64,000 nt of DNA, from positions 83,452,001 to 83,516,000 of the forward strand of contig NC_042998.1 in assembly GCF_006345805.1 (NCBI RefSeq), written 5' to 3'. The notes below the pieces were generated by a model. The model saw nothing but the letters and a program-made list of their open reading frames with translations. It made no database searches and was not told the DNA's origin. The position numbers and the translations under genes are program-made. Source of the stretch: Octopus sinensis. Lineage: Eukaryota. Positions 60,441 to 64,000 of the stretch are shown piece after piece (the first letter of the stretch is position 1; each line of letters starts with the position of its first letter).

Positions 60441-61499
60441 CTAAGCAAAATGAATGAAATTAGAACTTTGGTCCATGCATTGCAAATTCGACTTAAACAT
60501 CGAACCAACTAAAACAAGTAGAGATAATGGTACCTGTAATTCAAGCAGCATTCGTGTTGGTGAAATGATCTAGTTTAATTTGAAGTTTTAAGTCCTTATG
60601 TTCTAAGGAAATGAGAAGGTAAAACCGTTCATAACAAACACGAAATTTGATTCCTCTTTGCATTTCCATATAGTTGCATTGTTTACTCTATAGACTGACA
60701 CTCCATCGGTTACGAGGGTTCCAATTGATCTAATCAACGGAACAGCCTGCTCGTGAAATTAACGTGCAAATGGCTGAGCAATCTACAAACACGTGTACCT
60801 TTAATATAGATCTTAGGGAGATTCAGCGTGATACAAAATGACAATGCTGGCCCCTTGAATTACAGATTCAACTCCTTTTTGTCAACTCATTGGACTGGAG
60901 TAACGTGAAATAGTGTCTTACACAAGGCCACAACATGCCCCCGGGAATCGAACTCTCGACTTTAGGACCATGAACCAAATACCCTAAGCCACGCACCTTC
61001 GCACTAGTTTAGATAATACACTCGTAATTATTGAATGTATCGATTTAAGCCTATGTAGGGAATTTCTGTTTTTAAATGTAAAATTAAATATGAAAAATTT
61101 AACAATGCAATTATTGACAGTATTAATAAAGCCACAAATGAACGTAGCTTGAGAACATTTTAGAAAGTAGTATATTAATCTTAATATTTGGTCATATGAC
61201 ACGCTTAATATTGATTATATATTTGATGGGTAAATGAAGAAAATTGTCAAAATGATCGTAAATTTTCCAACTGCATAAACCAAAATGAAAATTTAGAGTT
61301 GAAGTCGAATGTTCACTGACTGCTGCTCGCCATGCCGTGAACATCTCCACTGAAACTAGTCGTTATTCTGCCTTTCTAAGTAGCTAGCTGTTAAAAATAA
61401 CTACTGAAAAGGTAGACCAATACATTTACAATTTGCTGTTGAACAGGAAAATATCTGCCAAAGTCTTTCATCAGAAATGTATCTAAAATGTCAGTGCCA

Positions 61500-62950
61500 T
61501 CAAAAATGAACTAAAAGGTTCGAGTTTGTGACGTTGCACGTAGAAAACAAATGCACATTTCTCTGAAGAACGGATACTCTTGCATACAAATGAACAATTC
61601 ATGCATACTAACATTACATATCCAGTGGAGCAAACTAGATTCATATATTTTTCTCTAGTCTTTGCAATGGCCTACATCTTTCTATCGTACAGCAGTTGCA
61701 AATAAGCACCATCCTCTTCCACGCAGACTTTTTTTCAACCTGTTTTGAAATTTCTCAGCTTTTCCACATGTACACTAATCAGATGTTCTAAAATATTTCA
61801 AATGCCCTGACAGCACCCCTACAAGTAAATGACAGCTGCCTAAGTGTTAAACTTCTCAGGATTTATCGTAGTGTCTTTTCTTAACCTTTAATGCCACTTA
61901 CACACCTTGCACATCCATAGTTTACACTGAAGAATTCCTAATTTTTTTACGGCTTAGAATTTTTTAATGGGTTTAGTTGTAAGAACTGTCATCAGCTTAT
62001 GGGTGTTCACATGGGCAAATGACCTGGCCATGATAGACTAAGAAATTTTTTAGTCTTACCTAATGAGCAAAATTCATTGCTGATTGCACCTCTGTACAAC
62101 ATAGCTTGTGCAGAGATTGCAGGCCATTCATCTATCGCTAATTTCCTTAGCAACCCTCAAATTAGTGGAGCCTTATCAAAGACCTTGTAGTATGAGTATT
62201 TCTCTCCAGCACAAAATCAACCTGCATCTCATCTAGGCTGTTTTGTTTGTAATGAATTCCATAACTTAATCCTACAGTTTGAAGCCCTCAAGTGTATCTC
62301 CTGTTGCCCTTGACTCTCATGGTGCTATGCTAATTATTAGCTTTTACATCTTTATTACCTAATTAATCACACAAGTGACCAATATGTGACCTTGCATTGT
62401 TAAGCATCTTGGTGACTTCCTTAAAGACCAGCTGCCTTCATATCCTTAATTGTGCTTGCTACTATACTGTCAACTTCATTGACTGGTCTCTCTGATCAAC
62501 TTTATAGAGATTCTGTTTCTCCCATGCATTCCCCACATTGACATCTTGTAATAGCACTTTCACACCTTTCTTTTCAATGTCACTAAGAGAAAGTGTCATT
62601 TCATACACATTTCCCCCCATTAACATCTCATTTCATTGTAGTACAGTGCCTTGCCATGTGGAACATTATCACATGCCATTGGTAAATCATTTCCTTTTTG
62701 CTTCTCTTACTAATTACTAGCTTCTAATTACTTGATATGGTTCGGTTGCCCCTTTCTCTTAGCTTTTATAGCTCTAACTACAGTATTATTCCATCACCAT
62801 GTTATGTTCTGTCTTGCACATTTATATCTAGTTATTCAGTTTATCTATTTCTCTACTTTTCTCAAATCATCTACATTCAAAATCCACATCCCTTTTTACC
62901 ATGCAACATTGCATGGTAGATATGTGGGTCCTTTATGTTCTTTCTCTAGA
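61500..62950 (-). mobile_element. Old RTE-clade LINE RT fragment
   Basis: Minus-strand remnants AWEKQNL, SLDEMQ.DFV, K.FDKAP, LRKLAIDEW; many stops and indels; ends approximate. Confidence 0.6.
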
Positions 62951-64000
62951 AATTAGCTAATTATCTTTTGCTTCCTTTTGAATGTAATTTTAAAAAACCA
63001 TTTAGCTTGCAACATTATATATATAAACACCCACTTCAAAGACTGGAAGAGCTTTCTTTGGTTTTTATTTTACATCAAAAAACAGTCACCATAATCTACA
63101 ATTCACAACTCAAAATAAATTGAAAATACTAGTCCAGGATAAAAAATTGTAAATATACATTTACATTTGACAGATATTTGTCCTCATCTTGTTAACTACT
63201 ACACCATATGCCCATGGTGTTAACAGCACTGGCTACTTAACCCCAAGATTCAGAGTTCAATTCCAGGTAGTGACCTGAATAGTAATAATATTGGAAATTA
63301 CCTTAGGAATGAAAACCCAGGTTCGAAATTTCCCCCAAGACACCTGATGAAAGCTGGAAGGTATATCAACAGAAATGTGTTAACAACAAACAAGATGAGG
63401 ACAAATATCCATCCAAATGTAAATAATTCCTCATCTCTTAAATATAGAACTGTATCAAAAATTAATCTAATCCACTCACAAATCATATCAGCCCACAAAG
63501 CTGATACTTAACTTTGGTACTGTTAAGAATCTCTTTTAGATGAAAGATAATTGTCTTGTAACTATTATGCAATGGAATATAAGTTTTAGTTGATGCTAGT
63601 TGGATGAACAGGGCAAATGGAAGCAAATAAACTTTCCATGAGTAGAAAACAGGGGAGGGGGTTGGTCAAGTGGGTATAGTCCTACTTGGATACACAAGAA
63701 CTTCTCACCCATTATGTCATGCTAACCCTATTTCTATGCACATAAATTGTATAGGCATTCATTAATATTTTCCTGGCACATCCAATTAAACATGCAGTTT
63801 TGGCTAAAAGGTATACTGCAATAAATTTACAATTAGTTTTTAAAAACTTGCTACTTCGACCGTTTTAATGTTATGCTGTCACAGTTAGCTTCTATTATAG
63901 GCAGCTGTGTTTGTACATGTCATTGTCTCTGGATGAACTGAGTGTGCATATCTTTTATTTGCTTCAGTCAATCTGCAGCCATGCATGTGTATATTATATA

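Overview
AT-rich, microsatellite- and SINE-dense animal genomic DNA, most likely an octopod cephalopod (inferred from repeat families I recognise; not verified by search). The ORF track misses the main feature: a multi-exon + strand gene (CDS about 23578-58195). Its first five exons encode a complete SprT/Spartan (SPRTN-type) metalloprotease: HEMIH active-site motif, third Zn ligand in EHGPKF, and a CxGPC..HxxxC zinc-binding domain (ZBD). About 17-20 short, symmetric phase-1 exons follow, built by tandem exon-intron duplication and interspersed with dead paralogous exons. They encode an acidic, then Lys/Thr/Pro-rich, low-complexity linker. The last coding exon carries a SECOND SPRTN-type ZBD, and I see no SHP, PIP or UBZ motif. 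This protease-ZBD-modular linker-ZBD architecture is not one I know for SPRTN. The first 23 kb is a transposon field: a 5'-truncated R4/Dong-like LINE in a (TAA)n tract, a young non-autonomous LTR element with a tRNA-Trp PBS and AATT TSD, an ORF1-only L1/Tx1-like element inserted in a SINE head, mariner/maT remnants and MITEs. The gene's introns hold a 3-kb satellite, a 15-bp minisatellite, nested MITEs and a Hero-like LINE end. All exon calls are manual and need RNA-seq confirmation.
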